Assembly (NCBI GenBank): GCA_017395935.1
Contig: JAFQNL010000035.1
Span: forward strand, 289 to 64,288
Length of the DNA: 64,000 nt
Direction of reading: 5' to 3'
Source: Oscillospiraceae bacterium
GTDB lineage: Bacteria > Bacillota > Clostridia > Oscillospirales > Oscillospiraceae
The translations under genes were made by a program, and so were the position numbers. Under the pieces are notes generated by a model. That model ran no database searches and was not told the origin of the DNA. It saw only the letters and a program-made list of their open reading frames with translations. Positions 26,537 through 35,647 of this stretch are shown here, piece after piece (the first letter of the stretch is position 1; every line of letters begins with the position of its first letter).

Positions 26537-28663
26537 ATGAAAGTAATCAAGAGAGATGGTGCCACGGTCGATTTCGACCGCAGCAAGATCGTTGTGGCCA
26601 TCCAAAAGGCAAACGAGGCTGTGGAGTCCCCTTATCGTATCTCTCAGCATGAGATCGACGATATCGCCGACTATGTCTCCCGGAAGGACCGCCCCCGCCT
26701 GCTGGTGGAGGATATTCAGGATATGGTAGAACAGCAGATTATGTCCCTGGGCAAGTACGAGCTGGCCAAGGCCTACATTATCTACCGCTATATCCGCTCC
26801 CTGGCCCGCCGCCAGAACACCACAGACGACGACATTCTCGACCTGCTCCACAACGCCAACAAGGAGATGGCCGAGGAAAACTCCAACAAGGACACCACCG
26901 TTGCCTCTACCCAGCGGGACTACATCGCCGGTATTGTCAGCCGTGACCTGACTCGCCGCCTGCTGCTGCCGGACAAGATCTCCAAGGCCCACGACGAGGG
27001 TTTGCTCCACTTCCACGACGCCGACTACTATGTCCAGCCCATCTTCAACTGCTGCCTGATCAATATCAGCGATATGCTGGATAACGGAACCATGATGAAC
27101 GGCAAGCTCATCGAGAGCCCCAAGAGCTTCCAGGTGGCCTGCACTGTCACCACTCAGATCATCTCCTGCGTGGCCTCCAACCAGTACGGCGGTCAGAGCG
27201 TGGATATGAGCCATCTGGGCAAGTATCTCCGCTACAGCAAGCAGAAGTTCACCAAGAAGATTCTGGCCGCTGCCGGCGGCCAGATGGACCCCGAACTGCT
27301 GGACCGGCTGGTAGCCGAACGGCTGCAGACCGAGCTGAAGAACGGTGTGCAGACGATTCAGTACCAGATCAATACCCTTATGACCACCAATGGCCAGTCT
27401 CCCTTCGTCACCCTCTTCCTCTACCTCCGGGACGACGATCCCTACGCCGAGGAGAATGCCCTCATTATTGAGGAGATCCTCCGTCAGCGTCTGGAGGGCA
27501 TCAAGAACGAGCAGGGCATCTATGTCACGCCCGCCTTCCCCAAGCTGGTCTACGTTCTTGACGAGAACAACTGCCTCCGGGGCGGCAAGTACGACTATCT
27601 GACCAAGCTGGCCGTCCGCTGCTCTGCCAAGCGGATGTATCCCGACTATATCTCCGCCAAGAAAATGCGGGAAAACTACGAAGGCAACGTCTTCTCTCCC
27701 ATGGGCTGCCGCTCCTTCCTCTCTCCCTGGAAGGACGAGAATGGCCAGTACAAGTTTGAAGGCCGCTTCAATCAGGGCGTGGTCTCCATCAACCTGCCTC
27801 AGGTGGGTCTGGAGGTTCGCGGCGATATGGACAAGTTCTGGGCCGAGTTTGACCGGCGTCTGGAAATCTGCAAGGAAGCGCTCATGTGCCGCCATAACGC
27901 GCTCAAGGGTGTCCGCTCCGACGTCTCCCCTATCCACTGGCAGTATGGCGCGCTGGCCCGTCTGAAGAAGGGCGAGACCATCGACCGCTTCCTCTACGGC
28001 GGCTACTCCTCCATCTCTCTGGGCTATATCGGCCTGTATGAGCTGACCTATATCATGACCGGCAAGAGCCATACCCAGCCCGGCGGCACCGAGTTTGCCA
28101 TGCAGGTCATGAACCATCTCAAGGACACGGTCATGCGCTGGCGGGAAGAGACCAATATCGGCTTCGCCCTCTACGGTACCCCTGCCGAGAGCCTGTGCTA
28201 TCGTTTCGCCCGGGTGGATAAGGAGCGCTACGGCACGGTCGAGAATGTCACCGATAAGGGCTACTACACCAACTCCTACCATGTGGACGTCCGCGAGGAT
28301 ATCGACGCCTTCAGCAAGTTCACCTTTGAAAACCAGTTCCAGCCCATCTCCACCGGCGGCTGTATCTCTTATGTAGAGATCCCCAATATGCGCCATAATC
28401 TCCCCGCTCTGGAGCATCTGGTCCAGTTCATCTATGACAATATCCAGTATGCTGAGTTCAACACCAAGAGCGACTACTGTCAGGTTTGCGGCTTTGACGG
28501 CGAGATCACCATCAACGCCGATCTGGAGTGGGAATGCCCCAGCTGCGGCAATACCGATCAGCGGAAGATGAACGTGGTTCGCCGGACCTGCGGCTACCTC
28601 GGTGAGAACTACTGGAACGTGGGTAAGACCAAGGAGATCAAGTCCCGAGTCCTCCACCTGTAA
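26537..28663 (+). CDS. nrdD: Anaerobic ribonucleoside-triphosphate reductase (class III)
   Basis: MKVIKRDG start (ATP-cone), Cys-rich zinc ribbon CQVCG...CPSCG, glycyl-radical tail RRTCGYLG. Confidence 0.97.
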   Translation: MKVIKRDGATVDFDRSKIVVAIQKANEAVESPYRISQHEIDDIADYVSRKDRPRLLVEDIQDMVEQQIMSLGKYELAKAYIIYRYIRSLARRQNTTDDDILDLLHNANKEMAEENSNKDTTVASTQRDYIAGIVSRDLTRRLLLPDKISKAHDEGLLHFHDADYYVQPIFNCCLINISDMLDNGTMMNGKLIESPKSFQVACTVTTQIISCVASNQYGGQSVDMSHLGKYLRYSKQKFTKKILAAAGGQMDPELLDRLVAERLQTELKNGVQTIQYQINTLMTTNGQSPFVTLFLYLRDDDPYAEENALIIEEILRQRLEGIKNEQGIYVTPAFPKLVYVLDENNCLRGGKYDYLTKLAVRCSAKRMYPDYISAKKMRENYEGNVFSPMGCRSFLSPWKDENGQYKFEGRFNQGVVSINLPQVGLEVRGDMDKFWAEFDRRLEICKEALMCRHNALKGVRSDVSPIHWQYGALARLKKGETIDRFLYGGYSSISLGYIGLYELTYIMTGKSHTQPGGTEFAMQVMNHLKDTVMRWREETNIGFALYGTPAESLCYRFARVDKERYGTVENVTDKGYYTNSYHVDVREDIDAFSKFTFENQFQPISTGGCISYVEIPNMRHNLPALEHLVQFIYDNIQYAEFNTKSDYCQVCGFDGEITINADLEWECPSCGNTDQRKMNVVRRTCGYLGENYWNVGKTKEIKSRVLHL

Positions 28664-28741
28664 GACAACACCCCATCTCAACACGAAAAGGCCGACGTTC
28701 CCTGTCGGCCTTTTTCAAACCAAGGAAAGGAGTCCCTGACT

Positions 28742-29269
28742 ATGAATTATGCTGCCATCAAGCCCCGCGACGTGGCTAACGGCCCCGGTGTCCGGGTATC
28801 GCTCTTTGTCTCCGGCTGCACTCATCACTGCAAGGGCTGCTTTAACGCCGAGGCATGGGACTTCAACTACGGAACACCCTATACCGCCGAGACCGAGGAT
28901 TCCATTCTGGAGGCGCTGGCTCCCTGGTATGTGACCGGTATCACTCTGCTGGGCGGCGAGCCCTTTGAGCCCCAGAATCAGCCTCAGCTGGTCAAGCTCC
29001 TGCGCCGTATCCGCTCTGAGCTCCCGGAGAAGACCATCTGGTGCTTCACCGGCTACACGCTGGAGACCGATATTCTCACCGGCAAGCTGGGAGACTGGAA
29101 TATTACCAAAGAGATGCTCAGCTATATTGACGTGCTGGTGGACGGCCGGTTCGTTCTTGAGAGGAAGGATATCACCCTCCAGTTCCGGGGCTCGTCCAAC
29201 CAGCGGCTCATTGACCTGAAAAAGACATTGGCTGCAGACCATGTAATCTGGTGGCAGCCGGAAGATTGA
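28742..29269 (+). CDS. nrdG: Anaerobic RNR activating radical-SAM protein
   Basis: 175 aa. CTHHCKGCFN (CxxxCxxC) motif. Confidence 0.95.
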   Translation: MNYAAIKPRDVANGPGVRVSLFVSGCTHHCKGCFNAEAWDFNYGTPYTAETEDSILEALAPWYVTGITLLGGEPFEPQNQPQLVKLLRRIRSELPEKTIWCFTGYTLETDILTGKLGDWNITKEMLSYIDVLVDGRFVLERKDITLQFRGSSNQRLIDLKKTLAADHVIWWQPED

Positions 29270-29280
29270 TCGTCGCGCGT

Positions 29281-29317
29281 AAAAGCCCTGCGGGAGCAGT
29301 CCCGCAGGGCTCTTTTT
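29281..29317. terminator. Bidirectional terminator between nrdG and the convergent DUF1624 gene
   Basis: agccctgcggga-gcag-tcccgcagggct with an A-run upstream and a T-run downstream. Confidence 0.75.
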
Positions 29318-30057
29318 CACTTCAGCAGCAGCGCAGCCCCCATAGAGAGGACCATGCACACCGGCTGATGGATCATATAGACCACCAGGCTGTGCCGCCC
29401 GATCCAGTCAAGAACGGGCAGTTTCCGCCCCAGCAGCGCCGAGCTCTTTTCCAGCACCACCCGGCCCAGAAAATAGCCGGTCAGATACAGGAAAAACCAG
29501 GGCAGCAGCGGGAAGTAGTCGCTGGAAGTAAACTCTGGACCCGGAAACCCCAGCGGCGCCAGCCAGGAGGTCTGATACCAGCTCTCCGGCAGCCGTACCA
29601 TCACCCAGTTTCCAATGCCCAGCAGACCCTGATCGATCCGATAGGTAAGCAGAAAGAGGAACGCGCTCCCTGAGGCGCCCAGTCGCCAGTCCACTTTTTT
29701 CAGCGCCGGCTCCAGCGCCGAGGCAAGCAGCAGCGAGCAGCCCAAACAGTTGAGCACGCCAAACCAGACCGCCTGATCGGGCATAACTGCCACCGTCACC
29801 GCTGTCACTATCAGACCGCACAGATTGATGATAAGGCCGCTTTTGACCCGCCGGCTGCCCAGATGGAAGCAGAGGCCGGACAGGAGCAAAAAACCGCAGC
29901 AGATGGCCATCTGCCAGACACGACTGGCCGGACGCCAGTACCAGTGCCGGTCAAAGCCCTGAATGATACACAGGTCATACATAAAATGAAACAGCACCAT
30001 ATTGACCACCAGCAAACCCCGGAGGCCGTCGAGAAGATGATATCGCTCCCGTTTCAA
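29317..30057 (-). CDS. DUF1624-type (heparan-alpha-glucosaminide N-acetyltransferase-like) membrane protein
   Basis: 246 aa polytopic protein. N-terminal RYHLLDGLRGLLVVNMVLFH motif. Confidence 0.6.
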   Translation of the reverse strand: MKRERYHLLDGLRGLLVVNMVLFHFMYDLCIIQGFDRHWYWRPASRVWQMAICCGFLLLSGLCFHLGSRRVKSGLIINLCGLIVTAVTVAVMPDQAVWFGVLNCLGCSLLLASALEPALKKVDWRLGASGSAFLFLLTYRIDQGLLGIGNWVMVRLPESWYQTSWLAPLGFPGPEFTSSDYFPLLPWFFLYLTGYFLGRVVLEKSSALLGRKLPVLDWIGRHSLVVYMIHQPVCMVLSMGAALLLK

Positions 30058-30158
30058 GCGTCTCCCTCCTTTTCCTTTTGTTTAGTATAGCAGTTTTTTC
30101 CTCTCCGGTCTATCCCCCGGCCTGTCCCCATAGGATAGAGAAAAAAGGAGGTGGGTCT

Positions 30159-31217
30159 GTGACCCGGGTACTTATTCGTCTTGCCGCCGGTATTTTTTCT
30201 CTGGCGCTGCTCTTCTTTCCTCAAGCCGGCGCCCAGGGCGCCCGGTCCGGTCTGGTTCTCTGCGCTCAGACACTGATCCCCAGCCTGTTCCCCGCCTTTG
30301 CCGCCGCCGGACTGGCTATGGAACTGGGGCTGGGCCGGTGGCTGGGGCGAAAGCTGGGTCCGGTCATGGAGCCCGTCTTTCACCTCTCCGGCCCCTGCGC
30401 CCTTCCGCTGGCGCTGGGTCTGCTGGGCGGCTATCCGGTGGGCGCCCAGTCTCTTGGTCAGCTTCGGGCACAAGGGCTCTGCAGCCGGGAGGAAGAGGAA
30501 CGGCTGCTGCTCTTTTGCAACAATTCCGGCCCCGCCTTTCTGCTGGGCGTTCTTGGAGGTTCCGTTTTCGGACAGCCGTCTCTGGGTCTGTTTCTCTGGC
30601 TGGTTCACGCACTTTCCGCCTTTGGAGTTGGACTCCTGACCCGGGGGGAGCGGCGGCCTCATCCCTCCCGCGCTCTGCCCAATGCTCCTCTGCCCTCTCC
30701 CGCCGCTGCCTTTTCCCGGGCAGTGAAGCAGGCACTGGCCTCGGTACTGCAGGTATCTGCCTATGTGGTCCTCTTTCAGGTCCTGTTGGGGCTTATTCAG
30801 GCCCTTCCTCTGCCCCAGCTCCCCTTCAGCCGGAGCTGTCAGGCCCTTCTGATGGGAATGCTGGAGCTAACCGGCGGTGTCTGCGCCCTGACAGAGGAGC
30901 TCTCTCTGGCCGGTCGGCTGGCACTGGCCAGTTTTCTCATGGGCTGGGGCGGTCTGGCCGTCCACTGTCAGACTATGGCCCTGCTGGAGGAGGAAGGGCT
31001 CAGTTTTTCCCCCTATCTGCAGGCAAAGCTGCTGCAGGGTCTACTGGCTGCCGGTATCTGTCTGGTACTGCTGGCGCTCTTCCCCTCCCTTATCGGCGCT
31101 CCTTCCCTCTCCCTCTCTCCGCTGCCGCTGGCAGGAGCCGGGCTGGCCGTCTGTCTGGGTCTGGTCTGGACCCGGCGGGGAAAAAAGGATGGAAATCCGG
31201 ATGGGAGCGCGCTATAA
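30159..31217 (+). CDS. ylbJ: Sporulation integral membrane protein YlbJ-like (nucleoside-recognition domains)
   Basis: GTG start 8 nt after AAAGGAGG. GARSGLVLCAQTLIPSLFPF-type N-terminus and LFCNNSGPAFLLG motif. Confidence 0.7.
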   Translation: MTRVLIRLAAGIFSLALLFFPQAGAQGARSGLVLCAQTLIPSLFPAFAAAGLAMELGLGRWLGRKLGPVMEPVFHLSGPCALPLALGLLGGYPVGAQSLGQLRAQGLCSREEEERLLLFCNNSGPAFLLGVLGGSVFGQPSLGLFLWLVHALSAFGVGLLTRGERRPHPSRALPNAPLPSPAAAFSRAVKQALASVLQVSAYVVLFQVLLGLIQALPLPQLPFSRSCQALLMGMLELTGGVCALTEELSLAGRLALASFLMGWGGLAVHCQTMALLEEEGLSFSPYLQAKLLQGLLAAGICLVLLALFPSLIGAPSLSLSPLPLAGAGLAVCLGLVWTRRGKKDGNPDGSAL

Positions 31218-31249
31218 TAGAGAAAAGACAACCTCAGGAGGAGATCGCC

Positions 31250-31459
31250 ATGCTGTTTCGAAAAGATATGGAGCCCCGCTGCGCCTACTGCGTCCATGCC
31301 GCCGTTTTGGACGAGGACCGTGTAGGCTGTGTCAAGAAGGGAATCCTCTCCCCCGGCGACAGCTGCCGGAACTTTTCCTACGACCCCTTTAAGCGCATTC
31401 CCGCCGCGCCGGCCGCGCCGGATTTTTCCCGTCTGAAAGAGGAAGATTTTTCCCTCTGA
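31250..31459 (+). CDS. Small 4-Cys protein of unknown function
   Basis: 69 aa, MLFRKDMEPRCAYCVHAAVLDEDRVGCVKKGILSPGDSCRNF. CAGGAGGAG RBS 5 nt upstream. It is the tail of track ORF 30338..31459. Confidence 0.6.
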   Translation: MLFRKDMEPRCAYCVHAAVLDEDRVGCVKKGILSPGDSCRNFSYDPFKRIPAAPAAPDFSRLKEEDFSL

Positions 31460-31537
31460 GGCCGGTATAGGATCTGTTTTTCCTGCTTACACTAGCTTCC
31501 GTGAGGCATTTCTGTCTCCGGGAAGGAGGAACTACGG

Positions 31538-31753
31538 ATGCTGGATAAACTTGCGCTGATCCTTGTGATCATCGGCGGCTTGAACTGGGGGCTGGTAGGT
31601 CTGCTGGAGTTCGATCTGGTGGCTTTTCTGTTTGGCGGCTCTGCCAGTCTGCTCAGCCGGATCGTCTATGTACTGGTGGCCATTGGCGCCATCTGGTGCA
31701 TCTCTCTGCTGTTTCGGGACCGGACAGAGGATCGTCCCGGCTCTGACATTTGA
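31538..31753 (+). CDS. DUF378 family small membrane protein
   Basis: 71 aa. LILVIIGGLNWGLVGLLEFDLVAFLFGG is the DUF378 pattern. Confidence 0.85.
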   Translation: MLDKLALILVIIGGLNWGLVGLLEFDLVAFLFGGSASLLSRIVYVLVAIGAIWCISLLFRDRTEDRPGSDI

Positions 31754-31769
31754 ATCAGGCTTCTGCCAG

Positions 31770-31803
31770 AGGGCCGGCTCAGACCGCTGAGCCGGCTCTT
31801 TAT
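31770..31803 (+). terminator. Terminator after the DUF378 gene
   Basis: gccggctcag-accg-ctgagccggc hairpin followed by tctttat. Confidence 0.6.
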
Positions 31804-31954
31804 CGTCTATTCGGCAGCATCACGCAAGATTCCCTGTTTTTCGGTTTATTTTACTTGAATTATCTTGCCATTCGCCCAAATTCCTGATATAATTTTTTCA
31901 CACAATTGTTTTTTCTTCCACTCAGGGCCCAAAGGCGATTTTCGGAGGCACGCT

Positions 31955-32653
31955 ATGGCAGGATCCTTCTCTGTTACCGATCAGGTAGCAGCATATATCC
32001 AACTGAATATTGAAAACGGCTCCTGGCCTCTGGGCAGTAAACTTCCCTCCGAGAGCCAGCTCTGCAGCACCCTCGGAGTCAGCCGGACCAGCGTTCGCAG
32101 CGCAATCCAGCAGTTCATCGCCATCGGCGCCGTAGAGAGTATCCATGGCAAAGGCACTTTCGTCCGCTCGGACAAGGTTGGCCGCCTGAATCGGGCCACG
32201 CCCATTACAAAAGAGATCCTCAAAGACGTGCTCAATGCCTGTGCTCTGCTGCGGCCCCAGATCTGCCTGTACGCCATGCAGGCCGGCGACAGCCAGCTGC
32301 TCCCCGATCTGAAGAAGATCCTACATCAGATGCACAACCTGAAGCCCGAACAGCACCGGGAGCTCTTCCGGCTGATCGACCAGTTCTATCAGCGAATCTC
32401 TTCCACGCTGGACAATCAGGTTCTGGACATGGTCCGTAAGCAGTTTACCTCCGTTCTCAACTATTTTCCCCCTTCTGAGAACGATAATGTTCTCTTCTAT
32501 GGCAGCCTTTACTATCACAACGCCATCGTAGAAGCCTTTGCCCATCAGGACGCCGAACGACTGGTACATATAGTAAGCAATTACTACAAGAATATGATCA
32601 GCTTTTACGACTGCCGCACAACCCGGACCAGGCCCGGCTCTGATCCGGAATAA
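31955..32653 (+). CDS. GntR family regulator, FadR/FCD subfamily
   Basis: Start MAGSFSVTDQV after GGAGG. wHTH LPSESQLCSTLGVSRTSVRSAIQQFIAIGAVESIHGKGTFV followed by a helical FCD-like C-terminus. Confidence 0.88.
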   Translation: MAGSFSVTDQVAAYIQLNIENGSWPLGSKLPSESQLCSTLGVSRTSVRSAIQQFIAIGAVESIHGKGTFVRSDKVGRLNRATPITKEILKDVLNACALLRPQICLYAMQAGDSQLLPDLKKILHQMHNLKPEQHRELFRLIDQFYQRISSTLDNQVLDMVRKQFTSVLNYFPPSENDNVLFYGSLYYHNAIVEAFAHQDAERLVHIVSNYYKNMISFYDCRTTRTRPGSDPE

Positions 32654-32666
32654 TTTTTCAGCAGCT

Positions 32667-32692
32667 CAGTGCCCCGTTTTTCAGCGGGGCAC
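32667..32692 (+). terminator. Hairpin after the GntR gene
   Basis: gtgccccg-N8-cggggcac. The U-tract is weak. Confidence 0.4.
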
Positions 32693-32748
32693 TTGACTTT
32701 CTTAAGAAGTTGTGCTAAGCTAACTTTACACCCCCCAGGGGTGGGGTA
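32693..32748 (+). promoter_or_regulatory. copA promoter (TTGACT-17-TAAGCT) with a downstream CsoR-type GC-rich operator
   Basis: tacaccccccaggggtggggta (~32727-32748) is a TAC-C-run/G-run-GTA pseudo-palindrome like known CsoR operators. It sits between the -10 and the copA RBS. Confidence 0.6.
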
Positions 32749-32768
32749 TTACAGAAAGGAGCACTGCT

Positions 32769-35330
32769 ATGAAACAATCTTTTTCCGTCACCGGAATGAG
32801 CTGCGCAGCATGCAGCGCCCATGTAGAAAAAGCTGTCTGTGCCCTGCCTGGAATTCAGTCCGTCAGTGTCAATCTGCTGGCTAATTCCATGGCAGCAGAA
32901 TACGACGAGAGTCAGCTCTCCGCCCAGGAGATTTGTCAGGCAGTGGAGGATGCCGGGTACGGCGCCGCTCCCGCCTCCTCCGCCAAAGGAGGAAAGGCCC
33001 CGGTCAAAGAGGAGGCAGACCCTGTTGAGGCCGAGATCCGGACCATGAAAAGACGTCTGATTGGCTCGCTGATCTTTATGATCCCCCTCTTCTATATCTG
33101 TATGGGCCATATGCTGGGCCTCCCCCTCCCCGCCTTCTTCACCGGCGCGGAGAACTCCATGGTTTACGCGATGACCCAGCTGCTGCTGACCCTGCCCATT
33201 CTCTATTTGAATGACAAATATTTCATCAACGGCTTTCAGGCGCTGATGCGGAAGGCGCCCAATATGGATTCCCTCATCGCTATCGGAGCCGCTTCCGGTC
33301 TGATCTACTCCCTCTACGCCCTCTACGTCATGGCCGCCGCCCTGGGGCGGGGAGATTTTGAGACCGCAATGACCTTCCAGCATAAGCATCTGTATCTGGA
33401 GTCGGCCGCCATGATTCTCACCCTTATTGACGTGGGCAAATATCTGGAGACCAGAAGCAAGGGCAAGACCTCTGACGCGCTCCGGCATCTGATGGCTCTC
33501 CAGCCCAAGGTAGCCACCGTGATCCGGGAAGGCGCCGAGGCTGAGATTCCCATCGAGGAGGTAGAGGTCGGCGATCTGATTCTGGTCAAGCCCGGCCAGT
33601 CCTTCCCGGTAGACGGCAAGGTGGTCTCCGGCTCCACCTCGGTCAACGAGTCCGCCCTCACCGGCGAGCCCATCCCCGCCGAGAAGCACCCGGGCGACAA
33701 GGTCTACGGCGGCACCATCAACGGCAACGGCACCATCACCTTCTCCGCTGCCCGGGTGGGTGAGGATACTACATTGGCCCAGATCATTCGTCTGGTTCAG
33801 GAGGCCTCCGCCTCCAAAGCGCCCATCGCCAAGTTGGCCGACAAGGTAGCCGGTATCTTTGTGCCGGTCGTACTCGTCATCGCTCTGGTCACCGCCATCG
33901 TCTGGCTGGTTCTCACCCAGTCTGTCACCTCCGCCCTTACCGCCGCCATGTCGGTGGTGGTCATCTCCTGTCCCTGCGCGCTGGGACTCGCCACCCCTGT
34001 TGCCATTATGGTGGGTACCGGCAAAGGCGCCGAGCTGGGTATTCTTTTCAAGTCGGCGGAAAGTCTGGAAAGCCTGCATAAGATCGACACCGTGGTTCTG
34101 GACAAAACAGGTACCATTACCGAGGGCAAACCCAAAGTCACCGATCTGCTCCCCGCCCCCGGGCGGACAGAAGGCGAGCTGCTCAATCTGGCCGCCTCTC
34201 TGGAGGCCGCCTCGGAGCATCCGCTGGCAGACGCTATTGTTGGCCTTGCCAAAGAGCTGAATGTCCCCCTCTGCCCCGTATCCAACTTCCGGGCGCTGCC
34301 CGGTCTGGGACTTCAGGCTACCATCGACGGCGACCAGTACGCTGCCGGCAATCAGCGGCTTATGAAGCAGCTGGGCATCGCAATCGACCCCGCTCAGGCC
34401 GAGGCACTGGCTGACAGCGGCAAGACGCCCCTCTACTTTGCCGAAAACGGCCGCTATCTGGGCACAATTGCCGTAGCTGATACCGTCAAAGCTACCAGCC
34501 CCAAGGCCATTCAAGCGCTGAGATCGCTGGGCATTCAGGTGGTCATGCTGACCGGCGACAACAGCCGGACAGCCCGGGCGGTAGCCGGTCCTCTGGGGAT
34601 CGACAGCGTTATCGCCGATGTTCTCCCCCAGGACAAGCAGCAGCAGATCGCCCGACTCCAGTCCGAGGGACGTAAGGTGGCCATGGTAGGCGACGGTATC
34701 AACGACGCCCCCGCTCTGGCTCGGGCAGATGTGGGCATTGCCATCGGAGCAGGTACCGACGTGGCCATTGAATCGGCCGACGTGGTACTGGTCAAGTCCG
34801 ATCTCACCGACGCCGCCGGCGCCATTGAGCTGTCCCGAAAGGTCATTAAGAACATCAAAGAAAATCTTTTCTGGGCCTTCTGTTACAACGCGCTGGGTAT
34901 TCCCCTGGCCGCCGGCCTCTTCTATCCCCTTCTGGGCTGGCAGTTGTCTCCCATGTTCGGCGCTGCTGCCATGAGTCTGAGTTCCTTCTGTGTGGTCTCC
35001 AACGCCCTGCGCCTGCGGCTGTTCAAGCCCAGCCATCCCTCTGTTTCTTCGGCGGATACGCCCGTGAACGCCCCTGTCCAACCTGTCACTGAACTAAAAA
35101 TCAAAGGAGAAGATGTAGCGATGAAAAAAGTTCTCGTTGTTAACGGCATGATGTGCCCCCACTGCAAGGCCCGTGTAGAAAAGGTGCTCGGCGAAGTTCC
35201 CGGTGTGGAAAGCTGTCTGGTAGATCTGGAGGCCAAGACGGCCACCTGTACGCTGAAGGCTGACGTGGCCGATCAGGTTCTGGCCGACACTGTGACCACC
35301 GCCGGCTATGAAGTGGTCTCTGTAGACTGA
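32769..35330 (+). CDS. copA: Copper-translocating P1B-type ATPase with an N-terminal HMA domain and an additional in-frame C-terminal HMA (CopZ-like) domain
   Basis: 853 aa. GMSCAACSAHVE, CPC, DKTGT, GDGINDAP motifs. C-terminal MKKVLVVNGMMCPHCKARVE domain from nt 35121. Confidence 0.95.
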   Translation: MKQSFSVTGMSCAACSAHVEKAVCALPGIQSVSVNLLANSMAAEYDESQLSAQEICQAVEDAGYGAAPASSAKGGKAPVKEEADPVEAEIRTMKRRLIGSLIFMIPLFYICMGHMLGLPLPAFFTGAENSMVYAMTQLLLTLPILYLNDKYFINGFQALMRKAPNMDSLIAIGAASGLIYSLYALYVMAAALGRGDFETAMTFQHKHLYLESAAMILTLIDVGKYLETRSKGKTSDALRHLMALQPKVATVIREGAEAEIPIEEVEVGDLILVKPGQSFPVDGKVVSGSTSVNESALTGEPIPAEKHPGDKVYGGTINGNGTITFSAARVGEDTTLAQIIRLVQEASASKAPIAKLADKVAGIFVPVVLVIALVTAIVWLVLTQSVTSALTAAMSVVVISCPCALGLATPVAIMVGTGKGAELGILFKSAESLESLHKIDTVVLDKTGTITEGKPKVTDLLPAPGRTEGELLNLAASLEAASEHPLADAIVGLAKELNVPLCPVSNFRALPGLGLQATIDGDQYAAGNQRLMKQLGIAIDPAQAEALADSGKTPLYFAENGRYLGTIAVADTVKATSPKAIQALRSLGIQVVMLTGDNSRTARAVAGPLGIDSVIADVLPQDKQQQIARLQSEGRKVAMVGDGINDAPALARADVGIAIGAGTDVAIESADVVLVKSDLTDAAGAIELSRKVIKNIKENLFWAFCYNALGIPLAAGLFYPLLGWQLSPMFGAAAMSLSSFCVVSNALRLRLFKPSHPSVSSADTPVNAPVQPVTELKIKGEDVAMKKVLVVNGMMCPHCKARVEKVLGEVPGVESCLVDLEAKTATCTLKADVADQVLADTVTTAGYEVVSVD

Positions 35331-35596
35331 TGAAAGCGGATAAAACCCAAATCTCCCGACTTCTGAAGACAGCCCGGGGCCAGCTGGACGGCATTCTTCG
35401 GATGATCGAGGAGGACCGGTACTGTATGGATATTTCCAACCAGCTCATGGCCACCCAATCTATTCTGTCCAAAGCCAACACAGAGATACTGAAGGCTCAT
35501 CTGGACAACTGCGTCCGGCAGGCGGTGGAAAGCGGCGAGGCCGGTGCAAAGCTGGATGAGATCGCCGCGCTGATCGAAAAGCTGGCAAAGCGATAA
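35330..35596 (+). CDS. csoR: CsoR/RcnR family metal-sensing repressor
   Basis: 88 aa. RLLKTARGQLDGILRMIEEDRYCMDISNQLMATQSIL...HLDNCV matches the DUF156 pattern. Its ATG overlaps the copA TGA (TGATG). Confidence 0.92.
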   Translation: MKADKTQISRLLKTARGQLDGILRMIEEDRYCMDISNQLMATQSILSKANTEILKAHLDNCVRQAVESGEAGAKLDEIAALIEKLAKR

Positions 35597-35602
35597 CAAC
35601 AG

Positions 35603-35636
35603 AAAAACGCTCTGATCTTACGATCAGAGCGTTTTT
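35603..35636. terminator. Bidirectional terminator (csoR / convergent HAD gene)
   Basis: aaaaacgctctgatc-ttac-gatcagagcgttttt. Confidence 0.8.
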
Positions 35637-35647
35637 CTGTCTTTCAT

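Noticed and set aside
26504-28684. 726-aa antisense ORF covering nrdD.
   Set aside because: This is a shadow ORF. NrdD on the + strand has ATP-cone, zinc-ribbon and glycyl-radical motifs, and the antisense product has none.
30338-31459. 373-aa + strand ORF overlapping ylbJ in another frame.
   Set aside because: Only its last 69 codons (31250-31459), which have their own RBS+ATG and lie outside ylbJ, look real. The upstream part is Arg/Ser/Gly/Ala-rich frame noise.
32715-35081. 788-aa antisense ORF covering copA.
   Set aside because: This is a shadow ORF rich in G/D/H/Q. CopA motifs (CPC, DKTGT, GDGINDAP) are on the + strand.
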